Positions 10,669 to 20,600 of a DNA stretch of 64,000 nucleotides are shown one piece after another (within the stretch, counting starts at the first letter, position 1; every line of letters starts with the position of its first letter). The translations under genes were made by a program, and so were the position numbers. The notes under the pieces were generated by a model. It was not told where the DNA came from. It searched no databases and worked only from the letters and a program-made list of their open reading frames with translations. The stretch is taken from contig CAZNES010000006.1 in NCBI GenBank assembly GCA_964572145.1, forward strand, positions 22,603 to 86,602, in the 5' to 3' direction. The stretch comes from an uncultured Syntrophobacteraceae bacterium. GTDB lineage: Bacteria > Desulfobacterota > Binatia > UBA9968.

Positions 10669-12414
10669 ATGCGCTGGACCACTACCCTCATTCCCACCCT
10701 CAAGGAGGATCCCTCCGATGCCGAGGTCATCAGCCACAAGCTGTTGGTCCGGGCCGGGATGATCCGCCAGTTGAGCCGGGGTATCTACGACTACCTGCCG
10801 CTTGCGCTCAAAGTCATCCGCAAGATCGAAGCGATCGTGCGTGAAGAGATGGACCGGGCGGGCGCGCAGGAGCTTTTGCTGCCGATCGCCTCGCCCGCCG
10901 AATTGTGGCAGGAGAGCGGCCGCTGGGAAGTGTACGGCAAAGAGCTCGTCCGCTTCAAAGACCGACACGAGCGTGATTTCTGCCTGGGGCCGACGCACGA
11001 AGAAGTGATCACGGATCTCGTCCGCCGCGTGGTGCGGTCGTATCGCGAGCTCCCTTTCAACCTGTACCAGATTCAAACCAAATTTCGCGACGAGGTGCGT
11101 CCCCGGTTCGGCCTGATGCGCGGCCGGGAATTCATCATGAAGGACGCCTACAGCTTCCACCCGAACGTCGAAGATTGCCGCCGCGAATATCAAAACATGT
11201 TCGACACCTACCGGCGGATTTTCACCCGCTTAGGCCTTAAGTTCCGCCCCGTGGAGGCGGACACGGGCGCGATCGGCGGCAGCTTGTCCCATGAGTTCCA
11301 GGTCTTGGCGGAATCGGGGGAGGACGCCATCGTCAGTTGCGACAAGTGCGACTACGCCGCGAATATTCAAAAGGCCGAGATCAAAAGCCATACGCCTTCG
11401 GCGCGCGATCTCAAGGATTCTTCGCCGCCGCTCAGAAAAGTTGCGACGCCCGTGAAAAAAACCGTCGCGGACGTCTCCCAATTCCTCTCACTCCCGGCCG
11501 AGCGGTTTATCAAAACGATGGTTTACAAAGTCGACAACGCCGAACTGGTGGCTGTCCTGGTCCGCGGCGATCATGAGATCAACGAGCTGAAGCTCAAGTC
11601 CGCGCTGCGTTGTCAGGAAGCAGTTTTGGCGGGCGAAGCCGAAGTACAAAAAGCCACCCGGGTAGCGCCCGGATTTTTGGGGCCGATCGGTCTCAAGCTC
11701 CGGACCATCGCCGATCACGCGATCCAAGGCATGCGCGGTGCGGTCACCGGCGCCAACGAGGCCGACGCCCATTTTGTCGACGTAGACCAGGAGCGGGACT
11801 TCACGCCGTCGGCCTTCGTCGACCTTCGCGTGGCGGTGGCCGGAGATTCTTGTCCGCGCTGCGATGAAGGCCGTCTCGAACTCTATCGCGGGATAGAAGT
11901 CGGCCAGGTTTTTTATCTGGGCAAAAAGTACAGCGAGAAGATGGGCGCGACCTATCTCGATCCCGAAGGGCGCGAGCAGCCCATCGAAATGGGCTGCTAT
12001 GGCATCGGCATCTCGCGCCTGCTCGCCGCCGCGATCGAGCAAAACCACGATGACAATGGAATCATCTGGCCCTTTGCCATAGCGCCGTTCCAGGCGATGA
12101 TTTTGCCGATCAACTACAAAGAAGAAAGACTCCAAAAAGCCGCCGACCGGCTATATGAAGAGCTGCGGCAGAGAAAGATCGACGTATTGCTGGACGACCG
12201 CGACGAGCGGCCGGGCGTCAAGTTCAAAGACGCCGATCTGGTCGGTATTCCCCTGCGTGTTACTGTGGGCGCGAAAGGTCTCGACAAGGGATGCATCGAG
12301 CTGCGTTGGCGACGCGACGGCAGTATGAAAGAGATTCCGATAGAAGAAGCGGCCGATCGAATCCAAGAGACGATTCGCGCGGAGACGGGCCAAGAAGCAT
12401 CGCGGAAAAACTGA
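10669..12414 (+). CDS. proS: prolyl-tRNA synthetase (bacterial type with INS editing domain)
   Basis: 581 aa; class II aaRS motifs; N-term MRWTTTLIPTLKEDPSDAEVISHKLLVRAGMIRQL. Confidence 0.95.
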   Translation: MRWTTTLIPTLKEDPSDAEVISHKLLVRAGMIRQLSRGIYDYLPLALKVIRKIEAIVREEMDRAGAQELLLPIASPAELWQESGRWEVYGKELVRFKDRHERDFCLGPTHEEVITDLVRRVVRSYRELPFNLYQIQTKFRDEVRPRFGLMRGREFIMKDAYSFHPNVEDCRREYQNMFDTYRRIFTRLGLKFRPVEADTGAIGGSLSHEFQVLAESGEDAIVSCDKCDYAANIQKAEIKSHTPSARDLKDSSPPLRKVATPVKKTVADVSQFLSLPAERFIKTMVYKVDNAELVAVLVRGDHEINELKLKSALRCQEAVLAGEAEVQKATRVAPGFLGPIGLKLRTIADHAIQGMRGAVTGANEADAHFVDVDQERDFTPSAFVDLRVAVAGDSCPRCDEGRLELYRGIEVGQVFYLGKKYSEKMGATYLDPEGREQPIEMGCYGIGISRLLAAAIEQNHDDNGIIWPFAIAPFQAMILPINYKEERLQKAADRLYEELRQRKIDVLLDDRDERPGVKFKDADLVGIPLRVTVGAKGLDKGCIELRWRRDGSMKEIPIEEAADRIQETIRAETGQEASRKN

Positions 12415-12416
12415 CG

Positions 12417-13181
12417 ATGGCGTCCAATCTCCAACTCCTCCGCTCTCCCACGCCCATGCGCGAGCGGCTGATCCTTGCTCTCGACGTGGACGACCTCGAT
12501 AGAGTCAGGGCGACGGTCAAGCTCTTGGCCGGCGAGGTCGGCATGTTCAAAATCGGCAAGCAGCTTTTTACCCACGCCGGTCCTCAAGCCGTCAAGCTCG
12601 TCCAGGAGATGGGCGGCGAGGTTTTCCTGGACCTCAAGTTTCACGATATCCCGACCACCGTCGCCAAAGCCGCCATCGAGGCGACCCGCCTCGGAGTCAA
12701 AATGTTCAACGTCCACGCCTCGGGCAGCTTGGCGATGATGCGCCTGACGGTCAGAGAAGTGAACCGGGTGTGCCGGCAGGAGTCGCTCCGAAAGCCGCTC
12801 ATGCTGGCCGTCACCGTGCTTACCAGCTTGAACGAAAGCGATCTGAAAAAAGTCGGCGTCACGGGAGAGCTGGCCGACCAGGTTGTGCGCCTGGCGCTGC
12901 TCAGCCAGAAGGCGGGCATGGACGGGGCGGTGGCCGCGCCCAACGAGGTCGGCGAAATTCGCGCGGCTTGCGGGCGCCGCTTCGTGATCGTAACGCCCGG
13001 CATCCGCCTGCAAAAATTCAAGCGCGACGACCAGAAGCGCGTCATGACCCCGGCCGACGCCGTGCGCGCCGGCGTGGACTACATCGTCGTCGGCCGCCCG
13101 ATCATGGAAGCCGCCGAGCCCCTGAAAGTAGCTAGAGAGATCATCTCCGAGATGGAACAAAGCACGACAAAAATTTCTTGA
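12417..13181 (+). CDS. pyrF: orotidine 5'-phosphate decarboxylase
   Basis: ATG 3 nt after the proS stop; ..ILALDVDDL..FKIGKQLF..DLKFHDIPTTV..; the track ORF N-extension overlaps proS and is rejected. Confidence 0.9.
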   Translation: MASNLQLLRSPTPMRERLILALDVDDLDRVRATVKLLAGEVGMFKIGKQLFTHAGPQAVKLVQEMGGEVFLDLKFHDIPTTVAKAAIEATRLGVKMFNVHASGSLAMMRLTVREVNRVCRQESLRKPLMLAVTVLTSLNESDLKKVGVTGELADQVVRLALLSQKAGMDGAVAAPNEVGEIRAACGRRFVIVTPGIRLQKFKRDDQKRVMTPADAVRAGVDYIVVGRPIMEAAEPLKVAREIISEMEQSTTKIS

Positions 13182-13192
13182 AGAGGGGAATT

Positions 13193-14155
13193 ATGGCGAC
13201 ACTTACTTTAAATTTAGGCTTCAACCGCGCGCCGAACACACGCGGGTTGTTCGATGGCTCCGTGCGAGTCGCGGGCGCGGAGCTTAAGCTCCAGTCCGAA
13301 TTCGGCGCAGGCCTCGACAACGTCGGCGCGCGCCACCGGAAGATCATCGCCGGAGAGTTCGACGGCGGCGAGCTCTCGATCTCCTCATATATTCTTGCCC
13401 GAAGGCGCGGCATGAGACTCCGCGCCCTGCCGGTCTTTTTATCGCGGAAATTTCGCCATCGCTGCATGTACCTTCCGGTGAACTCGCCGCTTCGCGACCC
13501 TTCCGAGTTGGCGGGGAAAAAGATCACCATCCATCGCTACAACGCGACGACGCCAGTCTGGCTCAAGGGAATTCTCCAGAACGAATACAGCGTTAAGCCC
13601 GAAACCGTGGAATGGTTGGTCGCCGAGCCGGACATCGCCGAAGAATCCCTGCGTCCTCCGCCGCCGGAGATCCGCGTGCGGCTCATATCCGAGCCGCGCA
13701 CGCGCGAGCACGCGATCGAGCTTCTAGAGCGCGGCGAGATCGACGCGGCGTTGGAGCCCTATGACTCGCTGGCAGCGAATTCCAAGCTGCGCCGGATCTT
13801 TCCCGACCACCGTCGCGCCGAGGAAGATTTTTTCCGCCGCACCGGCTGCTTCCCGATCAATCATCTTTTCGTCTTGAAAGAAGAGATCGCGGAGAGGCAT
13901 CCCTCGATCGTCGAGGCCTTGCTCAACGCGTTTCGCCAGGCAGAATCGATGGCGGACCGTTACCGCAACGAGAAACAGAAAGAAGAAGCGGCATGGGAGA
14001 AAAAAGTAATGGGCGGGGAGTTCGCGTACAGTTTAAACAAAGGACCGGCGCGAAAATCTCTGGAGACTCTGTTCACCTACCAAATGCAGCAGGGAATTCT
14101 AGACAAGAAGCCCGATTTAGCGAGCCTTTTTTTTCCGCAAGTGCTTAGTCTCTAG
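13193..14155 (+). CDS. NMT1/THI5-fold protein, 4,5-dihydroxyphthalate decarboxylase-like
   Basis: MATLTLNLGFNRAPNTRGLFDGSVRVAGAELKLQSEF..GEFDGGELSISSYI matches the N-terminal pattern of this periplasmic-binding-fold decarboxylase family. Confidence 0.6.
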   Translation: MATLTLNLGFNRAPNTRGLFDGSVRVAGAELKLQSEFGAGLDNVGARHRKIIAGEFDGGELSISSYILARRRGMRLRALPVFLSRKFRHRCMYLPVNSPLRDPSELAGKKITIHRYNATTPVWLKGILQNEYSVKPETVEWLVAEPDIAEESLRPPPPEIRVRLISEPRTREHAIELLERGEIDAALEPYDSLAANSKLRRIFPDHRRAEEDFFRRTGCFPINHLFVLKEEIAERHPSIVEALLNAFRQAESMADRYRNEKQKEEAAWEKKVMGGEFAYSLNKGPARKSLETLFTYQMQQGILDKKPDLASLFFPQVLSL

Positions 14156-14947
14156 ATTGCCCCAAAAAAAATAGAAGTGATTGACCGGGCTGTGGCCGGC
14201 GCCGATCGCAAAACTTTTTCGGATCGCCCGCGTCATGTAAGCTTTCGCGTGGGCTACCGCCTGCTCCAATTTCTTTCTCTTCGCCAGGTTCGCCGCGATG
14301 GCCGCGGAAAAGGTGCAGCCGGTTCCGTGCGTGTTCCGCGTCGCAACGCGCGCGGCGGTGAAGGCGCGAAACTTTTTTCCGTCGTAAAATAAATCCGTGG
14401 CTGGACCCTTTCGGTGGCCTCCTTTGATAACCACGCTCTTTGCTCCCATGGCGACGATGCGTTTGGCCGACTCTTTTAAATCCCGCAGCCGTGTTCCATG
14501 AAGGCCGGTGAGTTGCTCCGCCTCGGGAAGATTAGGTGTCACGATGGCTGCGAGCGGAATGAGCCGCGACTTGAGCGTCTCGATCGCATCGGAACGCAAC
14601 AGCAGATCGCCCGACTTGGCGATCATCACCGGATCGACGACCAGATTGGTCAAGCGGTATTCGCGAATCTTCGCCGCCACGATCTCGATGATCGCCGAAT
14701 TCACCAGCATGCCGGTCTTCACGGCATCCGCGCCGATGTCTTGCATCACGGCGTCGATCTGAGCCGCAACTAAATCAGGACTCAGCTCGAAAATCCGTGT
14801 CACGCCGCGCGTGTTCTGCGCCGTGATCGCCGTGAGTGCGGATGTTCCGTAGACGCCGAGCGCGGCGAAGGTCTTGAGATCGGCCTGAATTCCCGCGCCG
14901 GCGCCCGAGTCGGAGCCGGCGATTGTGAGAGCTTTATGGATTTTCAT
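14117..14947 (-). CDS. thiD: hydroxymethylpyrimidine/phosphomethylpyrimidine kinase
   Basis: MKIHKALTIAGSDSGAGAGIQADLKTFAALGVYGTSALTAITAQNT.. ribokinase-like fold with ThiD motifs. Confidence 0.9.
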   Translation of the reverse strand: MKIHKALTIAGSDSGAGAGIQADLKTFAALGVYGTSALTAITAQNTRGVTRIFELSPDLVAAQIDAVMQDIGADAVKTGMLVNSAIIEIVAAKIREYRLTNLVVDPVMIAKSGDLLLRSDAIETLKSRLIPLAAIVTPNLPEAEQLTGLHGTRLRDLKESAKRIVAMGAKSVVIKGGHRKGPATDLFYDGKKFRAFTAARVATRNTHGTGCTFSAAIAANLAKRKKLEQAVAHAKAYMTRAIRKSFAIGAGHSPVNHFYFFWGNLETKHLRKKKAR

Positions 14948-14953
14948 CCGGTC

Positions 14954-15658
14954 CTAAAGGTTGCCAAGAAGAACCATCGCGCCCGTCGGCTGTGGAGCGC
15001 CGCCGGCCGGCTCAATGGTTACGGCGAATTTGTCGAAAGCCTTCGTCTCGGGCAGCTTGGGAAGACGGACCAGCGCCACGCCGCCGGTATCCACGACGAA
15101 AATTCCCGCGGGAACCGACTCTGTGCCGGAGATGCCCCAAAGCTCATAAGCCGTGCCGGCGGGATTCTGCGACAGGTCCGTTACCAACAGCAAACCCGTG
15201 CGCGATACCGGATTCCAAAGAAGCTGTCCTTTCGCGCCGCGACTTGCCGGAAGATCCGCGAGATTGACGATACGGACTTGCGGATTCGATAAGAGCCGAA
15301 TCACCTCCTCCCGCTGCCCCACCTGGGTTTGTAATGCGGCGAGCTGACCTCGCGCTTGCCGCAGTTCGTTCCGCGTGGCGATCAAGTTCCAGCTTAAAAT
15401 AAGCACGAGACCCGCGGCGGCCACGGCGCCGATACTCCACGCAACCCGCTGTGATTTCCCTTCTTCACCGAGCGGCTCTGGCTTGGCGCTCACCGGCTTG
15501 CTGTGCTCCACGCGGCCATCGTATGCCTTCTCGGGAAGAAGTTCCATGAGGACCAACTTGCTTCTATCGCCTCTCTGGTTCACCGGCAAGGAACACGGCG
15601 AACGGAGTGAATGCTCTCTTGCTTCCGAGCCTGTTTCAGAAATAGGATAATTCGTCAA
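14954..15658 (-). CDS. RskA-domain membrane protein (anti-sigma-K C-terminal domain), orphan
   Basis: Single TM (VAWSIGAVAAAGLVLILSW) followed by the RskA C-domain ending ..FAVTIEPAGGAPQPTGAMVLLG; no adjacent ECF sigma gene. Confidence 0.65.
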   Translation of the reverse strand: MTNYPISETGSEAREHSLRSPCSLPVNQRGDRSKLVLMELLPEKAYDGRVEHSKPVSAKPEPLGEEGKSQRVAWSIGAVAAAGLVLILSWNLIATRNELRQARGQLAALQTQVGQREEVIRLLSNPQVRIVNLADLPASRGAKGQLLWNPVSRTGLLLVTDLSQNPAGTAYELWGISGTESVPAGIFVVDTGGVALVRLPKLPETKAFDKFAVTIEPAGGAPQPTGAMVLLGNL

Positions 15659-15675
15659 AGCGAACAGGAGGTCCG

Positions 15676-16545
15676 ATGGAGTCGATTCCGCCGGCGACGC
15701 TTGCTGCGGCCAACGAAAAGAGCCGGAGGCTCAGAGAACTGGTTCGCGCGCCCGAGATTCTCGTTATGCCGGGCGCCTATGATGTTCTCAGCGCGCGCTT
15801 GTTCGAGCAGATGGGCTTTCAGGCGATTCAATGCACGAGCGGCGGGATTGCGGCGGCGCTCGGATATCCCGACGGCGAAGTCATGAGCCGCGAGCAAACC
15901 GTCGAGGCGACGGGACAAATCGTGAAAGCGGTTTCTCTTCCGGTGAACGCCGACGCCGAGAGAGGCTACGGCGATGAAAAGGAGATCGGTGAAACCGTGC
16001 GCGCGCTCGTCGCCGCCGGTGTCGCGGGGATGAACCTGGAGGACGGCGCGGGGGGTAAGCAAGGAGGAGGTCGTGGGTTGGTGGATATGGGCGAGCAATT
16101 GCGGAAGATCAACGCCGTCATGGAAACGAAGCGGGCATTAGGCAGCGAATTTTTTCTCAACACTCGCGTGGACGCGCTGATGGTGATGACGGAGGATCCC
16201 AAGAAAGCGCTCGATGAGGCGATCCGCCGGGGCAATGCCTACGCCGAGGCCGGCGGGGACTGTATCTTTTTCATGCATGCGGTTTCGCGCGAGACGATCG
16301 GCCGGCTTGTCAAAGAGGTCAAGGCGCCCATCAGCGTTCTCGCCGGGCCGCAGACGCCCAGCGTGAGCGAGTTGCAGGATTTGGGCGTCGCGCGCGTGAG
16401 CTACGGCTCGGCTTTTCTCAAAGCCGCCATCGGCGCGACTAGACGCTTGGCTCTTGAGATCCGTGACCAGGGAACCATCACGGCGCTCAAAGAGGCGATG
16501 CCGACTCCAGAGATCGCGGCTCTGGTGGCGGGAAAGAAAAAATGA
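15676..16545 (+). CDS. isocitrate lyase/PEP mutase superfamily enzyme (2-methylisocitrate lyase / oxaloacetate decarboxylase-like)
   Basis: ..PGAYDVLSARLFEQMGFQAIQCTSGGIAAALGYPDGEVMS..GYGD..GMNLEDG. Confidence 0.75.
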   Translation: MESIPPATLAAANEKSRRLRELVRAPEILVMPGAYDVLSARLFEQMGFQAIQCTSGGIAAALGYPDGEVMSREQTVEATGQIVKAVSLPVNADAERGYGDEKEIGETVRALVAAGVAGMNLEDGAGGKQGGGRGLVDMGEQLRKINAVMETKRALGSEFFLNTRVDALMVMTEDPKKALDEAIRRGNAYAEAGGDCIFFMHAVSRETIGRLVKEVKAPISVLAGPQTPSVSELQDLGVARVSYGSAFLKAAIGATRRLALEIRDQGTITALKEAMPTPEIAALVAGKKK

Positions 16546-17003
16546 ACGGCATTGTCGCATCCATTCACATCACGCCCAACGCGGCGGCGCCGACGAAATC
16601 GGTCGGCGAAGTGCGCGCGCTGGCGGGAAAAGGACTCGAAGGCGACCGTTACTGTAATGAGGCGGGGACCTATTCGTATCAGGGAGGCTCGGCCCGGCAG
16701 GTGACCTTGATCGAAGTCGAGGCGATCGAGGCGCTCAAGCGCGACGATGGTATCGAGATCGATCCCGGCGCGAGCCGGCGCAACATCGTGACGCGCGGCG
16801 TGGCGCTAAATCATCTTGTCGGCCGCGAATTTAAAATCGGTCAAGTCACGCTTCGGGGCATCGAGCTGTGCGAGCCGTGCGCCCATCTTCAGAAGTTAAC
16901 CCAACAAGGAGTCACACGCGGTCTCGTCCACAGGGGCGGTCTCAACGCGGAGATTCTCACCGACGGCGTGATCCATGCTGGAGACTTCGTGGAACTTAAA
17001 TAA
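16542..17003 (+). CDS. MOSC domain protein
   Basis: 153 aa; ..GLEGDRY.. and ..LCEPCAHL.. motifs; 4-bp overlap with the upstream gene. Confidence 0.8.
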   Translation: MNGIVASIHITPNAAAPTKSVGEVRALAGKGLEGDRYCNEAGTYSYQGGSARQVTLIEVEAIEALKRDDGIEIDPGASRRNIVTRGVALNHLVGREFKIGQVTLRGIELCEPCAHLQKLTQQGVTRGLVHRGGLNAEILTDGVIHAGDFVELK

Positions 17004-17027
17004 TGTTTTTTGCCTAGGAGGGTTTAA

Positions 17028-17657
17028 ATGAAACTCTACTATCATCCCAATTCACCCAACTGCGTGGACGTTCTCGCAACGGCGAATCACCTCGGCATCC
17101 AGCTCGATCTTGAGCTTGTCGATCTGCTCAAGGGCGCACAGAAAGATCTGGCCTATCTGAAGCTGAATCCCAACGGCCGAGTCCCGACGCTCGTGGATGG
17201 CGACTTCGTGCTCTGGGAGTCGAACGCGATCATGCAGTACATAGCGGGGAAAAAACCGAACAACGCTCTCTGGCCCGCCGACGACAAAACGCGCGCCGAC
17301 ATCAGCCGCTGGCAATTTTGGCAGGCGTCGCAATGGAATAAAGCGACCGGCACGCTGGTTTGGGAGAACATGATCAAAAGATTCCTGGGCGCCGGCGGGC
17401 CCGATCCCGCCGAAGTCAAAAAGGGCGAGGAGCTTTTTCACGCCTCGGCCGCGGTGCTTGACGGCCATCTGAAAGATCACGAGTATCTTGTCGGCAATGA
17501 ACCGACACTGGCCGACTTCTCTGTTGGCGCTATGCTGATCTATGCCCGGCCTGCGGGTTTCCCGTTGGAGAAGTACGAAAATATTCGCGCGTGGTATGGC
17601 AGGATCGAGAAGCTGGAGTCCTGGAAAAAGGCGCTGCTGGCGCAAACGCCGGCCTGA
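17028..17657 (+). CDS. glutathione S-transferase
   Basis: MKLYYHPNSPNCVDV..LNPNGRVPTLVDGDFVLWESNAIMQYI thioredoxin-like N-domain. Confidence 0.85.
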   Translation: MKLYYHPNSPNCVDVLATANHLGIQLDLELVDLLKGAQKDLAYLKLNPNGRVPTLVDGDFVLWESNAIMQYIAGKKPNNALWPADDKTRADISRWQFWQASQWNKATGTLVWENMIKRFLGAGGPDPAEVKKGEELFHASAAVLDGHLKDHEYLVGNEPTLADFSVGAMLIYARPAGFPLEKYENIRAWYGRIEKLESWKKALLAQTPA

Positions 17658-17660
17658 GTG

Positions 17661-20600
17661 CTAGACAGTCACCGCTTGCGGCTGAACCTGCTTCGCTGAG
17701 TTCCCTTTCAAATATTCGCGCAGGTAGCGGGCGGTGTGCGATCGCTTGCCGTCGTTGATGACGTCCAGCGGCGCTCCGCAGGCGATCACGTGTCCGCCAT
17801 TCTCACCGCCCTCGGGGCCGAGATCGACGAGATAGTCCGCTTCTTTGATGATTTCGAGGTTGTGCTCGATCGTGACCACTGTGTTGCCCATGTCCACGAG
17901 CCGGTGCAGGATGTGGATTAATTTCTCTACGTCCGCGAAGTGTAAACCCGTCGTCGGCTCGTCTAAAACGTAAAGCGTCTTTCCATGCGATTCTTTTCCG
18001 AGTTCATACGCAAGCTTGATACGCTGCGCCTCGCCGCCGGAGAGCGTGTTGCTCGCCTGCCCGAGTGTGATGTAGCTCATGCCGATGTCGTCGAGGATTT
18101 TGAGCGGCCGCGCGATCTTGGGGAAGGCGTGAAAGAAGGGTACGGCCTCTTCGACCGTCATTCTCAGCACGTCTCCGATATTTTTCCCGTTGTAGCGGAT
18201 ATTGAGCGTCTCCTCGTTGAAGCGCATTCCGCCGCAGGCGTCGCAGTGGAGAAATACGTCGGGCAAGAAGCTCATCTCTTTGCGAATCTTTCCCTGCCCC
18301 GCGCAGACCTCGCACCGGCCGCCGGAAACGTTAAATGAAAATCGATTCGGCGCGTAGCCGCGCAGCCGCGCCTCCGGCGTGAGCGCAAACATGCGCCGGA
18401 TCTCGTCAAGAAAGCCGACGTAGGACGCGGGAATCGAGCGCGGCGTCTTGCCGATCGGACTCTGGTCCACCTCGACGATTCGCTCCAGCGCTTGCCAGCC
18501 GGCGATGTCTTTGTGCTGTCCGGGGCGTCCGGCGAACTGCCCGAGCTTCGACTTGAGTCCCTTGTAAAGCACTTCTTTGACCAGCGTGCTTTTGCCGGAA
18601 CCGGAGATTCCGGTGACACAGCTCCAGGCGCCGAGCGGCAATTTGACGTCGACGTTCTTTAAATTGTTTGCCTTCGCGCCGTGGACGGTGAGCCAGGTCG
18701 AGCCGGCGAAAAGACGGAGCGGCCAGATTCTCTTCTTCGGCGCGTTGAGAAAATTGCCGGTCAGCGAGGTGGGGTTGCGGCGGATTTCTTCGGGCGTGCC
18801 GATCGCGACGACGTTGCCGCCGTGGACTCCCGCGCCGGGACCGAGGTCCACGATGATATCGGCGGCCTCGATCGTCGCCTCGTCGTGCTCGACCACGAGC
18901 ACGCTGTTGCCCGCATTTTTCAATTTCTTCAGCGTGCCGAGCAGCATGGCGTTGTCGCGCGGGTGGAGGCCGATCGTCGGCTCATCCAGAATGTAGCAGA
19001 CGCCGCGCAGATTCGACCCGAGCTGCGCCGCGAGACGGATGCGCTGCGCTTCTCCGCCCGAGAGCGTGTCGGCGCGGCGGTCGAGAGTGAGATAAGGCAA
19101 TCCGACTTCGCCGAGAAATTCGAGCCGCTGTTGGATCTCGCGCAGAACTTTCTCCATGACCGCGCGGTCGCGGTCCGTGCCGCCGTTGTCGTGCTGGCTC
19201 AAATCGAGGCCGTGGAAATAGCGCTGGGCTTCCTTCACCGAAAGCCCGGTGACCTGCCAGATCGCCTGGCCGTTTACTTTGACCGCTTGCGCGCGGCGAT
19301 TGAGCCTTCGGCCGTGGCAGGAAGCGCAGGAAGACTCGGCCATGAATTGCGACAGCCAATCGGCCAAGCCGTTCTCCGACCCGTCCCAGAGTCCTTTCAG
19401 ATACGGGATGAGACCGACAAATCCGCTATCGCCGCCGTGCACCACCCGGTCGCGAATTTTTTTGCTCAAGCGCGAGAACGGCGCTTTGACGTTGACGCGG
19501 TCTTTCTTGAGATCGCGTAGAATTCTTTCCAGGCGTCCCCTGATCGGTCCCGCGCCGGCGGTGGCGCCGGAGGACAACGAAGAAACAATCTCTTCCAAGG
19601 GCCGGCGCTGATTGCCGATAATCAGCTCGGGGTCGAATTCCAGACTGAAACCGACGCCGGAACATTCCGCGCAGGCGCCTTGCCGGCTGTTGAAGGAAAA
19701 CAATCTTGGGTCGAGAGTCTCGTAGCCGATGCCGCAGTGGAGGCAGAAGAGGCGCTGGTTGTAGATGTGCTCGCCCGAGCGCGTGACGAGATGCACCACG
19801 CCGTTGCCGAGGCGAAGCCCTTGCTCCACCATCGCTTCCACCTCGCGCCCGCCGGCTTTGGCCTGGCCGATGAGGATATCGATATCGTGCTCGCGGTAGC
19901 GCTCCAGGCCGGCGGCTAATTTCGGCGATCGGAGATCGACGACCTGTCCGTCGATGCGCGCGCGCCGGTAGCCGAGCTTGAGCGCGCCGGTGATCACCTC
20001 TTTGTGAAATCCCTTCCGTCCCCTGACGATGGGGCTCAGCACCGCGATTTCCTTTCCCCGATGAACGCGGGAGATGCGATCGAGGATCTGGCTTTTGGTC
20101 AGCGACCGGATCTCGCGCTCGCACTTCACGCAGTGCTGCTTTCCGACTTTCGAATAGAGGAGCCTCAGATAGTGGTAAATCTCGGTGACGGTCGCGACGG
20201 TCGAGTTCCTTCCTCCCTGGCTGAGACGCTGCTCGATCGCCACGGTGGGAGGAATGCCGGAAAGCAGATCGACGTTCGGCCGGTCCATGATGTTTAGGAA
20301 CTGCCGCGCGTAGGTGGAGAGGCTGTCGATGTAGCGCCGCTGCCCCTCGGCATAGATGATGTCGAATGCGAGCGAAGATTTTCCCGAGCCGCTGAGTCCC
20401 GTGATCACGACGAAGCGGTCGCGGGGAATCTCGAGGCTGATATTTTTTAGGTTGTGCTCCTTGGCGCCGACGATTTGAATGGCATGGTTACCGTTGCCGG
20501 CGCCGTTCGACTCGGCGACGCGAAAACTTTTCTCCAAGCGCGGCGCGAACTGAGAAACGGCGCCGCGCTTCAAATAGGGCTTCAAGTACCGCCCGGTATG

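Noticed and set aside
12291-12416. Track ORF extension making PyrF 296 aa and overlapping proS
   Set aside because: The extension translates to a low-complexity Arg/Asp/Ser-rich peptide in the proS 3' end. The ATG at 12417 gives a standard PyrF N-terminus.
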